Shown here one piece after another: positions 20,617 through 29,387 of a stretch of 64,000 nt of DNA. The DNA is taken from positions 30,024 through 94,023 of the IMG/VR virus record IMGVR_UViG_3300032163_000005; one strand, given 5' to 3'. Under the pieces are notes generated by a model that was not told where the DNA came from, did no database searches, and worked only from the letters and a program-made list of their open reading frames with translations. Numbering within the stretch: the first letter of the stretch is position 1; the number at the start of each line of letters is the position of its first letter. The position numbers and the translations under genes were made by a program. The stretch is from a virus.

Positions 20617-21280
20617 CACGCGATTCACTACTCAGATGCCCATCACGTTGCCGATCTTCACTCATGCGTTCGAGCGTGATCATCCATTGAAACTTCCCTG
20701 GATCACGAAATGGCGATGAGAGAAGTCGGAACCGCTTGCGCGTTGAGTTGGGTCTGTCTTCGACAATCTCGTAGAAGAATTCGAAGGGCTCTTCCACGCG
20801 ATCACGAACGCGCACGAATGGCTGCCCAATCATCTCCGAGCTCGTTCGCGCCAGTATGTCGGGTGGGAGTGCTTGCCCCGCGCCGATGTGCGGAGCTCCG
20901 CAAGCATCGAGATAGGGCTGTGGGGGTATCTGCTTGCCCATCAGAACGTCTTCCGTAAGCTGCCCAGTGATTTCCTCAACCCGGACGCTTCCGACTGGCA
21001 GAAGGCCTGCTGAGTAGGCTGAGAGGCTCACGCTGGTCAGATCGATGACCTTGGGCCTTGGGAGAATGGGAACTTGAGCAAGGATGGTTTCGTGGCCTTC
21101 CCCTCGCTCGAGTCCGCCCCATCGCGTCCAAACGAGAAGAACGACGTAATTCCTCAGACCGAAGCTCGTGAAGCGTTGACGAAGCTTGTCGACGGTTGGT
21201 TGCAGCCTCTCAACAAGCGGAGGACCGCACGCGCCACGTGTGGCGATGCAAGTCGTACAAATGCCGCATGCGCAAGCCAC
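20606..21280 (-). CDS. head closure/stopper protein (putative)
   Basis: Position between adaptor and neck; ends W.ITLER. Confidence 0.55.
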   Translation of the reverse strand: MACACGICTTCIATRGACGPPLVERLQPTVDKLRQRFTSFGLRNYVVLLVWTRWGGLERGEGHETILAQVPILPRPKVIDLTSVSLSAYSAGLLPVGSVRVEEITGQLTEDVLMGKQIPPQPYLDACGAPHIGAGQALPPDILARTSSEMIGQPFVRVRDRVEEPFEFFYEIVEDRPNSTRKRFRLLSSPFRDPGKFQWMITLERMSEDRQRDGHLSSESRDGI

Positions 21281-21550
21281 TTAGAACTTCTCCGGACCTT
21301 CGTGACTTGGTGGCCCTGACTTCGACCACAATCGCTGGAATGAAACGGGAACCGATGTTTTTTTGGACTTCGGATTTGCTCGTGGACGTGTGTGATCGAT
21401 TTCGATTTGCGTTCCCGACATCCCGCCGTTTTTTTGAACCGACTCAACGTGAAAATAGATGTCCTTGTCGCTGAAAGATTGGATGTACCACTCTCCAACC
21501 TGCATCGATCCGCCGCTCTGCGCAGCCGCCCATTGTTTGATCGCTGCCAT
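21281..21550 (-). CDS. small protein with N-terminal AIKQWA motif
   Basis: 89-aa ORF, tightly packed. Confidence 0.65.
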   Translation of the reverse strand: MAAIKQWAAAQSGGSMQVGEWYIQSFSDKDIYFHVESVQKNGGMSGTQIEIDHTRPRANPKSKKTSVPVSFQRLWSKSGPPSHEGPEKF

Positions 21551-21552
21551 GC

Positions 21553-21753
21553 CTAAGCCGCTTTCTTCCGACGTTCAGCCCACTGCTTCGCACGTTTGGC
21601 GGGCACGAGCCCATCATCAGCCATCTCGAGGTCGTGTGCCGCTTCTTCTCCCCCGGTCTCTTCACGTTTGGAAGCAGGCTTTCTGGACGTCCAAATGGCG
21701 TGCTTCTCATCAAGTTTTTTGATGGCCTCTGCCCACTTCTTGATCGGAAGCAT
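21553..21753 (-). CDS. small protein with PIKKWA and AKQWA motifs
   Basis: 66-aa ORF, tightly packed. Confidence 0.65.
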   Translation of the reverse strand: MLPIKKWAEAIKKLDEKHAIWTSRKPASKREETGGEEAAHDLEMADDGLVPAKRAKQWAERRKKAA

Positions 21754-21756
21754 GCA

Positions 21757-22044
21757 TCACTTACAGGAAGAATCTGCCCCAGCATCGCGCATTGCGTTTG
21801 CCTTGGCCATTCCCTTCTTCTGAGCTGAAACGAGATCTCGCACGAGCGGCCAAAGATCGTCTGCGAACCCGCACACCTTTTGAAGCTCCACGCCTTCGAT
21901 GGTGGGGTTCTCTGCGATGCACTCAGCGAGAAGCTTCTTCACCACGACATCCGTGATGGCTTTGGCTTCCGGCGAGCATGCGGCATTGCCGATACTCCAC
22001 CCCATCACCAGACCCAAAATCGCCAAGCACCAAAATCGTTTCAT
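21757..22044 (-). CDS. putative lipoprotein
   Basis: Signal peptide ending NAAC. Confidence 0.6.
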   Translation of the reverse strand: MKRFWCLAILGLVMGWSIGNAACSPEAKAITDVVVKKLLAECIAENPTIEGVELQKVCGFADDLWPLVRDLVSAQKKGMAKANAMRDAGADSSCK

Positions 22045-22048
22045 CGCA

Positions 22049-22468
22049 TCACCCCGCTACAGGCACGTTGATCCCACCATCGGCCGACAGAACCCATGCC
22101 CTCTTGTCCCACGGATTGCGAACGATGCCTAAGAGGTTCTCGAGCATGCCCAATCCGATGGAATAATACTGTGCGAGCTCGCGAAGCCGTTTTCGATTGA
22201 TCGTGATGGTGTCGAGCACTTCAACGTCCGCGAGATCAGATCCGCAGAAGACTTGGTTCTCAATCGCATCAAGCCGACAGAGGATCTGGCGAAACTTCTC
22301 AATCGCACCCGGTGTGCTCATGATGCGATCAAGCGCGCCTTCGATCATGAATGACGTCTGCATCGCCGCAGGAACGCCAAGCTGAAACGTCATCACGCTT
22401 TCCACGTTATGATAACCCAAATGGTGGCGTGCTCGGACTTTCTCCTCAGGGGTGACGACGGCCGGCAT
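22049..22468 (-). CDS. head-tail adaptor protein (putative)
   Basis: T.EEK.R.RHHLGY N-terminus; position after the capsid gene. Confidence 0.6.
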   Translation of the reverse strand: MPAVVTPEEKVRARHHLGYHNVESVMTFQLGVPAAMQTSFMIEGALDRIMSTPGAIEKFRQILCRLDAIENQVFCGSDLADVEVLDTITINRKRLRELAQYYSIGLGMLENLLGIVRNPWDKRAWVLSADGGINVPVAG

Positions 22469-22658
22469 TACGAGCTCTCTTTCACCATTGTGCGACCACC
22501 AAGCGAGACATCAAGACTGATGTGATTGATGGATGCACGCAAGAGAATGCGCCGATCGATGACGAGTTGATCTCCTTCGAGATGAAAATGATCCGTCACG
22601 CGCACGAAGTCATCTTCAGGCGTTCCGTAATGCGTGATCTTCTCGAAAGGAAATACCA

Positions 22659-22982
22659 TCACCCGCTCAAGATCTCTTCGAGATGGATGCCCTGTTGTTT
22701 GAGCGCGGCAAGATCGTGCGTGGCCTCTGAGACGCGCGACCCAACGCGGATCTGTACGGGCATCCCGCTCTGAACGAAGCGCCCTCCATTGGTCACACGA
22801 AAGACCTTGGGACGCGGGAGCTTTGCGAGCTCTTCAGGATCGGGTGGTTGGAACTGCGCCGCGAGATGCGATGCCGGCTTGTTGGCTTCGGGTTCTACAC
22901 CTGGCGCGCCACCGGGCATTGATGGAGCGTTCTCTTGCGACTCTTCCGCGACTTCGACTTGTGTTGGGACTCGGCGTGCCAT
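22659..22982 (-). CDS. hypothetical protein
   Basis: 107 aa with GAAGGA RBS. Confidence 0.6.
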   Translation of the reverse strand: MARRVPTQVEVAEESQENAPSMPGGAPGVEPEANKPASHLAAQFQPPDPEELAKLPRPKVFRVTNGGRFVQSGMPVQIRVGSRVSEATHDLAALKQQGIHLEEILSG

Positions 22983-23009
22983 TCCTTCACCTCACGAGGA
23001 ATGTACTCC

Positions 23010-23052
23010 AAAAAAACGAAGGGTGCTCACCCGTGGAGATGAACACCCGTCG
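23010..23052 (-). terminator. intrinsic terminator after the major capsid gene
   Basis: CGACGGGTGTTCA...TGAGCACCCTTCG followed by T7 on the minus strand. Confidence 0.75.
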
Positions 23053-23106
23053 CCCACCTGAACGCGCAACCCAAGGAGGAGTGCTTGGCTTACGCGTGAG
23101 AGTCTA

Positions 23107-24528
23107 CTACGCCGCGAATTCGAGCACCACTGCGCGACGGAATTGCTCCACTCCGTTTGGCGCAAGGATGTCCGAAGGCACAGGGAAGCTCGTGGAAGCG
23201 GTCCACGCGAGACCGACCTTCTGCTGCGCGCGATCGATCGGCGCACGGATGATGAGACGGATCCGTTCGGTCAAGATCTGAATGCCGTTGTTCACGACGG
23301 TGAATTCACCAATCTTGCCCGTGACGCCCGCCTCGCTCATGAACGCCTTTTGCTCATCGAGCCAGCGTTCATAGATCGAGCCACGCCCCGTGATGACGAC
23401 GCGACCAACGTTGATGCCGTTGCCATTGACGACTTCGGCTCCGAGCTCGCGCGCGTACCGCCCGATCGCACCTACGGGAGCTCCCGTTGCAGCAGATGTG
23501 TCGATGAGCTGTCCACTGTTGAGGAGCGCTGGGCTTTCCGTGTTCATGAAGAACATGACGCCAGAGAGCGTGCCGATAAAGCCTTCCTTGTAGATGACGT
23601 GCTCAGGCAAGCTCTGATTGAGGCGCTGGAACACGGGATCTGCGAAGACTTGCGCATTCGCCAGTGGCGAGATGTGCGCGTGGTAGAAGCCGTCCTCATG
23701 CGGCGGAACCGACGCGTTGCGAAGGAACGCAACGGCGTTGATGGCTTGCTGCAAGACGAATGTGTCTGCAGGACCGATGGCATCGATCGAATCGCCGCCC
23801 GATGCACGAACGATCCGAGGCGCCACGAGAGTTTTGATTGGCGTCCGCGTTGCAGCGAATGCCGTGCCGAGTGCCGCGCTGAGAAGCAATGTTCCTGGCC
23901 CATCGAGGTCCGCAGGATCCGCGGGAATGGTACCAATGACGTTCGCAGCCACGGCGCCGACACCAGTGCCCACTCGAATCGCGAGCGGTGACGTGGTGCT
24001 GACGGGGGTTGGACGTGCGCTGACTGTTGGATTCAGGACGAACCGGAACCCGTTGAGCGCAGCCACCTGAATGGTAGTCGCTCCCGCAAGGAGCGCCGTG
24101 TTCGCGACGGTCTGTCCTGAGAGGTAGTTCTTGAAGAGCGCGTTTCGTGCAACACGGTTCATTGTCTGACCTGCATTCAGGCCCAACGTGTGAATCTTGC
24201 GCATGAAGAGCGATGCGTTCGCTGTTGCGCTCGTTGGCATGTCGACGTCATCCGCCGATCCAAACTGATTGAGCTCCGCCGACCATTGCTCGTTGTAGGA
24301 GCTCTGGGGTGTGAGGTCCGCACCTGGTGTGAGTGGACTAACGGCGGGCGCGAGAAGTCCGGTTCGGGTCATGAAGACCTCATTACCGGTGTTCATCGGC
24401 CACTCTTCCGGCGCTGCTTCCGCGCGGAACGCGAGGTTCGGATAGAGCGAATCGTGGAACGCCCTCTCGATGAGACCGCGCTGGTTCAGATCGAGGATGG
24501 CAGGTGGAATGCCGAGAAAAAGAGACAT
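23107..24528 (-). CDS. major capsid protein (N4 gp56-like HK97 fold)
   Basis: 473 aa after scaffold; L.QFG, AGQTMNRVAR, Y.AHISP, G.IG.L.GV.F motifs; followed by a terminator. Confidence 0.85.
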   Translation of the reverse strand: MSLFLGIPPAILDLNQRGLIERAFHDSLYPNLAFRAEAAPEEWPMNTGNEVFMTRTGLLAPAVSPLTPGADLTPQSSYNEQWSAELNQFGSADDVDMPTSATANASLFMRKIHTLGLNAGQTMNRVARNALFKNYLSGQTVANTALLAGATTIQVAALNGFRFVLNPTVSARPTPVSTTSPLAIRVGTGVGAVAANVIGTIPADPADLDGPGTLLLSAALGTAFAATRTPIKTLVAPRIVRASGGDSIDAIGPADTFVLQQAINAVAFLRNASVPPHEDGFYHAHISPLANAQVFADPVFQRLNQSLPEHVIYKEGFIGTLSGVMFFMNTESPALLNSGQLIDTSAATGAPVGAIGRYARELGAEVVNGNGINVGRVVITGRGSIYERWLDEQKAFMSEAGVTGKIGEFTVVNNGIQILTERIRLIIRAPIDRAQQKVGLAWTASTSFPVPSDILAPNGVEQFRRAVVLEFAA

Positions 24529-24708
24529 GTGGATGACCTCCGAGAGTGAAGTGGTCTCCGAGCGACCAAGCTCGGGTCTTCCTTCACGTTCGCGTCACCC
24601 CGTTCCACCTTCTTACCGTGAGGCGTGCCTACGTATTTGGGGTTGTTCGACCGTTTAGCTGACAATCCGGAAGTTACACTCACTTCCGCGTATCGCGCAA
24701 ACGATCGA

Positions 24709-25620
24709 TTAGAAATTCCAACCGTTCTGCCTCTTGAAGTCACGCCATTCCTTGTCGTTGACGCTTCCCGCCTGTCCCGGCGCGAATGTCTTCGGCGCTG
24801 CAATCCCCGCAGGATTCACATTTTGCGGACGCTGAATGTTCGCACCATTCGTCAATGGTTGTCCTGGAATGGGTACTGCGGGAGTGGGTGCTACAACCGG
24901 CCCAGCGCCGCCAATGGCAGATCCGCCCGTTGATGGAATGGCCAACGCTCCATCTTCCGCAACCGCGCGCTGACACCACGCTTGAACCACGGCATCTGGA
25001 TCAGCGAGCTCTGCATCTGAGAGTCCTGAGATGTACTCTGCAAGATTCTTGAGCTCGTGCTTCATGTACCGCGGGTTGATGTGTTGCGCGACGATCGCAA
25101 CGACATGGTGGTCTTGCTCGGCCACTACACGTTCGGTTTGCACCTGTTCCGCGCGCGTCTCTGCTTCGACCGCACGACGTTCAGCCGCCGCAAGTTGTTC
25201 GGTGAGTCGCTGCGTTTCCGTGAGGTCAGCGAGTCGTCTCTCTTCTCGCTCCGCGCGCATGACACGAAGCTCATCGAGGTCCGCTCGAATCTGATCAACG
25301 TTGTCCGTTCCGAATCGCTCGCGAAGTTGTTTTTTCGCGTATCGATCGAGCCGTCCTTTGAGAGCTGTTGGCGGGAGCTCGATGAGATCGGCGTCGTTGG
25401 GGATGTCGTCAGCATCACCAATTAGCTTGCGCGTTGGGACTCGCCCCGCGGGAGCTGGAATGGGAACGGGGATGGCGGGCTGGGCTGGCGCAGCAACGGG
25501 AGGAGAGACGGGAGGTGGTTGCTGCGCTTGCTGTTGAACGGGCGGGGTTGGCGCCTGTTGTGGTGTGCTCGCGCCACCAGGGGGCTGTTGCCCCACTCCC
25601 GTATCTCCTTGCATCGACAT
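24709..25620 (-). CDS. capsid scaffolding protein
   Basis: Pro/Gln-rich termini with central coiled coil, upstream of the capsid gene. Confidence 0.75.
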   Translation of the reverse strand: MSMQGDTGVGQQPPGGASTPQQAPTPPVQQQAQQPPPVSPPVAAPAQPAIPVPIPAPAGRVPTRKLIGDADDIPNDADLIELPPTALKGRLDRYAKKQLRERFGTDNVDQIRADLDELRVMRAEREERRLADLTETQRLTEQLAAAERRAVEAETRAEQVQTERVVAEQDHHVVAIVAQHINPRYMKHELKNLAEYISGLSDAELADPDAVVQAWCQRAVAEDGALAIPSTGGSAIGGAGPVVAPTPAVPIPGQPLTNGANIQRPQNVNPAGIAAPKTFAPGQAGSVNDKEWRDFKRQNGWNF

Positions 25621-25646
25621 GGTTCTCTCCCTCGACTGATTTTGAG

Positions 25647-25670
25647 TTTAGACAGATCGATCTGTCTAAA
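25647..25670. repeat. 24-bp palindrome, copy 2
   Basis: Exact; adjacent 25675..25687 reads AATCAAGAAGTTA on minus, matching the IHF consensus WATCAANNNNTTR. Confidence 0.95.
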
Positions 25671-25696
25671 CTTGTAACTTCTTGATTTTGCGTGGA

Positions 25697-26383
25697 TTAC
25701 TGTGTGCCGGAATCGCCTGTGAGGAGCGCATCCACGTCCGTTGTGGGCACCGTTGAGAACTTCACACGTGCTTGCGTGACTGCATCTGCAGCCGCGAAAG
25801 TCACCGTCGACTTGTCCAGGTTGAGACGCGCTTGTCCCGCCGCGGGAGCTCCTGCACCCGGAACGAGAACGATCTTCTTGCCGACCGACGTGCCGATCGT
25901 CGCCTCGACTTCGAGAAGATTGATGACACCCTGCCCCGTGAACTGCGAAGGGAGCGTGAGGACGTTGGCGGCAACCGCGAGAGTTGTCTCCTGAATGTCC
26001 TGCTTCTCGGGCTGGTAGACAACATCGACGCTCGTGATGGCATCCGCGGCCAACGTAACGATGTCGCCATTGGGGCCGACTGCGATCTGTCCCGTTGCTG
26101 GCGTGGTGCCGTATGCGACCACGGCAAGCTCTCCCTGCCCCGCCGTCGCTGTCCGAGCGTACGCGCGATGAATGTTGTGAGCTTTCGCGTCATCCGGAAG
26201 AACGAGCGCGAGAAGCGTTGCGAGACTGTACGAGCTCGCCACAGGGGTCTTCTTGCGAAGGAATGTTGTGCCTGCACGCAACACAGAGCCAACCTTGATC
26301 GTCCGGAATTTGTCCGGAAGTGTGTTGGGGTTGGCGTTGTCGAGTGTCGACTTGAGAGAAGTTGCGCTGATTCCAATGGTCAT
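25697..26383 (-). CDS. virion structural protein (possible head decoration)
   Basis: 228 aa, Ala/Thr/Val-rich, GGAGG RBS, internal duplication (TPATGQIAV / APAAGQARL). Confidence 0.6.
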   Translation of the reverse strand: MTIGISATSLKSTLDNANPNTLPDKFRTIKVGSVLRAGTTFLRKKTPVASSYSLATLLALVLPDDAKAHNIHRAYARTATAGQGELAVVAYGTTPATGQIAVGPNGDIVTLAADAITSVDVVYQPEKQDIQETTLAVAANVLTLPSQFTGQGVINLLEVEATIGTSVGKKIVLVPGAGAPAAGQARLNLDKSTVTFAAADAVTQARVKFSTVPTTDVDALLTGDSGTQ

Positions 26384-26450
26384 GTGACGGTCCTCCGCGT
26401 GAACGAGAGAGGGATATCACCCGACGCGAGGATCGGGCTAGTGATGTCTA

Positions 26451-26487
26451 GCCGAGAGATGAAGCCCTCTCACTAGCTTTGATCTAC
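26451..26487 (-). CRISPR. solitary degenerate copy of the CRISPR repeat
   Basis: 26454..26479 GAGAGATGAAGCCCTCTCACTAGCTT is identical to the array repeat over 26 nt, followed by TGATCTAC versus GATCCAC; same orientation as the array. Confidence 0.9.
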
Positions 26488-26897
26488 AGGTTACCCGAGA
26501 CAACGTATTCGATGGTGCCCGACCCCTTGGCTTCGAGAAGCAGCAAATAATTCCCTGTTGGGAATTCGATGATGGCGAGACCTTGAACGGGAATGACGGC
26601 CACGACGTCTGGGCCTGAGTCCGCCTTGGTTGTCAGTCGGAGCTGAAATGGACTTGTTGTCCGAAGGAACAGGAAGTTTCCTTGCGTGACAGTTTCGCTT
26701 GTCCCGACACCATCGAGCGCTGCAAATGCCGATGGTGAATCGACTTGTTTCGCCGCAGAAAACGAAGCCGCCGCATTTTTCTGAATGGGATAGCTCGAGA
26801 AAGGAATCGTTGTCGTCCCTGCGGGGAACGCGCAATCACCCGCGCCAAGCGGTCCTTTGACGAGCGTTCCTGAGAGGACGATCGAATCCACGTTCAC
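26484..26897 (-). CDS. virion structural protein (putative)
   Basis: 137 aa, beta-rich, in the head operon. Confidence 0.6.
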   Translation of the reverse strand: MNVDSIVLSGTLVKGPLGAGDCAFPAGTTTIPFSSYPIQKNAAASFSAAKQVDSPSAFAALDGVGTSETVTQGNFLFLRTTSPFQLRLTTKADSGPDVVAVIPVQGLAIIEFPTGNYLLLLEAKGSGTIEYVVSGNL

Positions 26898-27229
26898 TCC
26901 CCCGAGAGCTTGAAGGGTTTCGCCTTCGGCTTGTCGACGATCTGTCCGATCTGCATCCCACGTTCATCATTGTCCGCCGTGTCGTCAGTCTGCTCGAATG
27001 GCAAATCTCCACCATCCGGAACAGAGCTCTCGTTGTAACGATCGGCAGGATCGCCAGCTTCTTGTGGGCGATTCTCTTTGGTGAAGTCGCGTCCACCATC
27101 CGACGTGTTTGATGTTGGCTCTTCAAGGAAGTTGTGAGCTCCCGAAGATGCACCCGTCGCTTGCGTTGCTCCCTTCGAGTCACCGAAAGGGGAATTCGCC
27201 GCATCACCCGGAGTTTTGCCTTCTGCCAT
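26894..27229 (-). CDS. disordered acidic protein ending KPFKL
   Basis: AGGAG RBS before MAEGK. Confidence 0.6.
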   Translation of the reverse strand: MAEGKTPGDAANSPFGDSKGATQATGASSGAHNFLEEPTSNTSDGGRDFTKENRPQEAGDPADRYNESSVPDGGDLPFEQTDDTADNDERGMQIGQIVDKPKAKPFKLSGE

Positions 27230-27280
27230 GTTCGTTCTCCTGTCCTGTCTCAACAGATGTACCCGGAGAATGCCCTCACG

Positions 27281-27490
27281 TCACTTGTTGACCTTGAAAG
27301 GCTTTCCGGATTGCTCGAGTGGCTCTGCTTTTGGCCACGGAATGCGCGGCGGATGATCGGGCACATCATTGATGCACTCTTCGTTGAGATGCCGATCATC
27401 CTTGGCAGGATTGAGATCGGCAATTTGCCGTTGAGGCTCCGCGTTTTGGTTGAGCGGAGCCGGCGTGGTGATCTTAAATGGCTTTGACAC
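27281..27490 (-). CDS. small protein with KPFK at both termini
   Basis: GTG start, SKPFKI...KPFKVNK. Confidence 0.5.
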   Translation of the reverse strand: MSKPFKITTPAPLNQNAEPQRQIADLNPAKDDRHLNEECINDVPDHPPRIPWPKAEPLEQSGKPFKVNK

Positions 27491-27517
27491 ACATCTACGC
27501 AAGCACGAGATCAGCGG

Positions 27518-28207
27518 CTACGCGAGGACGAAGTAGAATACATCCACGGAAAATGCTCCCGCGGTGATGGTTGAGAGGTTCACGGTGCTCGTGATGGTTG
27601 CGATGAGCTGAGCTGCGCTCTTCTTCTGTCCAACCCACCCTGTCGAATCTCCTGCAGGCCCATCACCCGCAGCGCCCACTGTTTTGAGATCAACACCTTT
27701 AATCGCACATTGCGTATCAGCGGCTACGCCGACGTCCACCGAGGTGACATCTGTATCACCTGCATTTTGAACCTTGGTCGCGACATCGACCTGAGCTCCG
27801 AGAAGACGAGCATTGCTCGGAAGCACTGTGTCGATGTTGATGGTCCCAGTCATGAACGCGCCGAGAGCCGCGATCATGGCTTGCGTCACCACCACGGTTT
27901 TCTTTTGAACGCGCGCTGTAATTGCCGGCGATGCCGATGCTGCGTCTGCTGCTTCAGTCGCTTTCTGCGAGGCATCGACCGCCGCTTGCATGATGTTTTG
28001 CATATCGGTTTCATTGATGCCCCGATTGACATGCGCGTTCGTTGCATTCGTTGCTGCAGTTGCAACCGTCGCATCTGAGCTCGGCCAAAGGAGAGCGCCC
28101 GCTGCCTGCAGTCCTGGAACGTCATCGATCGTGCTGTCGATGAGCGAGCCGGGAAGATTCTTCACCCCGGCGAATACGATGGTGTTGATGATGTAGTAGG
28201 TCGCCAT
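27518..28207 (-). CDS. virion structural protein (putative)
   Basis: 229 aa, AGGAG RBS; N-terminus resembles that of 36166..36786 (Y...N.I.F.GV....G......L/M..AG..L). Confidence 0.65.
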   Translation of the reverse strand: MATYYIINTIVFAGVKNLPGSLIDSTIDDVPGLQAAGALLWPSSDATVATAATNATNAHVNRGINETDMQNIMQAAVDASQKATEAADAASASPAITARVQKKTVVVTQAMIAALGAFMTGTINIDTVLPSNARLLGAQVDVATKVQNAGDTDVTSVDVGVAADTQCAIKGVDLKTVGAAGDGPAGDSTGWVGQKKSAAQLIATITSTVNLSTITAGAFSVDVFYFVLA

Positions 28208-28258
28208 GGTCAGAATCTCCTGTTCGAGGGAGAGGTATCAGAATGCGGCAAGAAGGAA

Positions 28259-28420
28259 ATGATGATGAACACGGATGCTCATGGGTGTTTGACCATCACC
28301 TTCTCTCGTGCACAGATCTACGCACTAATGCGCCGTTCGCGTCCTCGCGCAAAACATCGCGTGATCAAGAAATGGGTCAACGCGTTCTTCCGAAACTGCC
28401 AAGGTCCACAGTCGTCATGA
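28259..28420 (+). CDS. putative 53-aa opposite-strand ORF (not in ORF track)
   Basis: AGAAGGAA then ATGATGATG; MMMNTDAHGCLT...VIKKWVNAFF...; leader shared with the cas12 gene. Confidence 0.35.
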   Translation: MMMNTDAHGCLTITFSRAQIYALMRRSRPRAKHRVIKKWVNAFFRNCQGPQSS

Positions 28421-29387
28421 GAGGACGTGGTGGAGCTGCACCCTTTCGTTTCTCAAGCTTCCATCGCGCGTGAATCTCACCATCAGGCCGCCAAGCAAGT
28501 GTTGGCGGAATTGGCCATGATTGACGGTGTGTGACGACGATTTCACGATCGTTGGGACGATTGGGCGGATGTTGCATCAATCCAAACCACGTCTCGAATG
28601 GCTCGTTTGGACGACGGATCTCGCCATGGCACGCGATCGAATCGCTACCCGTCCGATTGTCGAACGTCGCGCAAAGAATCTTCACGAGATCTCCGAGTTG
28701 TTCGTGTGCTTCCTGCGTCGCTTCGAACGTCGCACGCCCATACGCGCCCATCGTCTCTGTACGAACGATGCGCTCTGACCAAGACGCGGGAGCTCCTTGC
28801 AAAAAGGGACTCGCATCAACAATCTGTTTGCGCGTGTCTTCGAACGATGAACGTGTGAGGAGATTCGTTCGAAGAATGTTCTCGAAGTGTCCAACCACGT
28901 TCATTCCGTAACGTTGAAGAATGCCGATTCTGGCTTTGTGCGGCTCGGCATCTGCTCCCTCGGCAGGTGTGCCACTTGAGGCAAGACGTCGGAGCACACT
29001 TGCACGAGCTCCCGATGTCGCGGCATCCATGATCGAGGATTCGTCGAGCGCGAGAGCTTGTGTCCCGATGCCCTTGTATTGCCGCTCGGCTGCGTTGAGG
29101 TAATCGACTGTTCCTGTAGCTGCGACGCTTGCCGCTTGCTCTGCGCCATCGATTGCGAGATCACGCATTCCAGGAAGCACAAGCCCACGAAGCACATCTC
29201 GAATCTGCGCCAACGTCGCGCGCATTCGAATTTCCGTGAACGTGCCTGTTGGAGGCATCGCACGAAGCCGCTCCACGAGTTGAGTCTCAGCATCTTTGAG
29301 CATTCCTCGCGTGTTGGTTGTTCCAACCCGTTGCGCAATTCGAATCGCCGTTTCGCGATTAGCTTGGATGGCTCCTAGAACGCTCAC
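28377..29387 (-). CDS. head morphogenesis protein (Mu gpF / SPP1 gp7-like)
   Basis: ERIVRTE..AY, DNRT....A.HG, HPP.RPNDR motifs; follows portal. Confidence 0.85.
   Translation of the reverse strand: MSVLGAIQANRETAIRIAQRVGTTNTRGMLKDAETQLVERLRAMPPTGTFTEIRMRATLAQIRDVLRGLVLPGMRDLAIDGAEQAASVAATGTVDYLNAAERQYKGIGTQALALDESSIMDAATSGARASVLRRLASSGTPAEGADAEPHKARIGILQRYGMNVVGHFENILRTNLLTRSSFEDTRKQIVDASPFLQGAPASWSERIVRTETMGAYGRATFEATQEAHEQLGDLVKILCATFDNRTGSDSIACHGEIRRPNEPFETWFGLMQHPPNRPNDREIVVTHRQSWPIPPTLAWRPDGEIHARWKLEKRKGAAPPRPLMTTVDLGSFGRTR

Noticed and set aside
26431-26450. Sequence after the solitary repeat (TAGACATC...) as a guide against the 24-bp palindrome (TAGACAGATC)
   Set aside because: Only 6 nt match, compatible with chance
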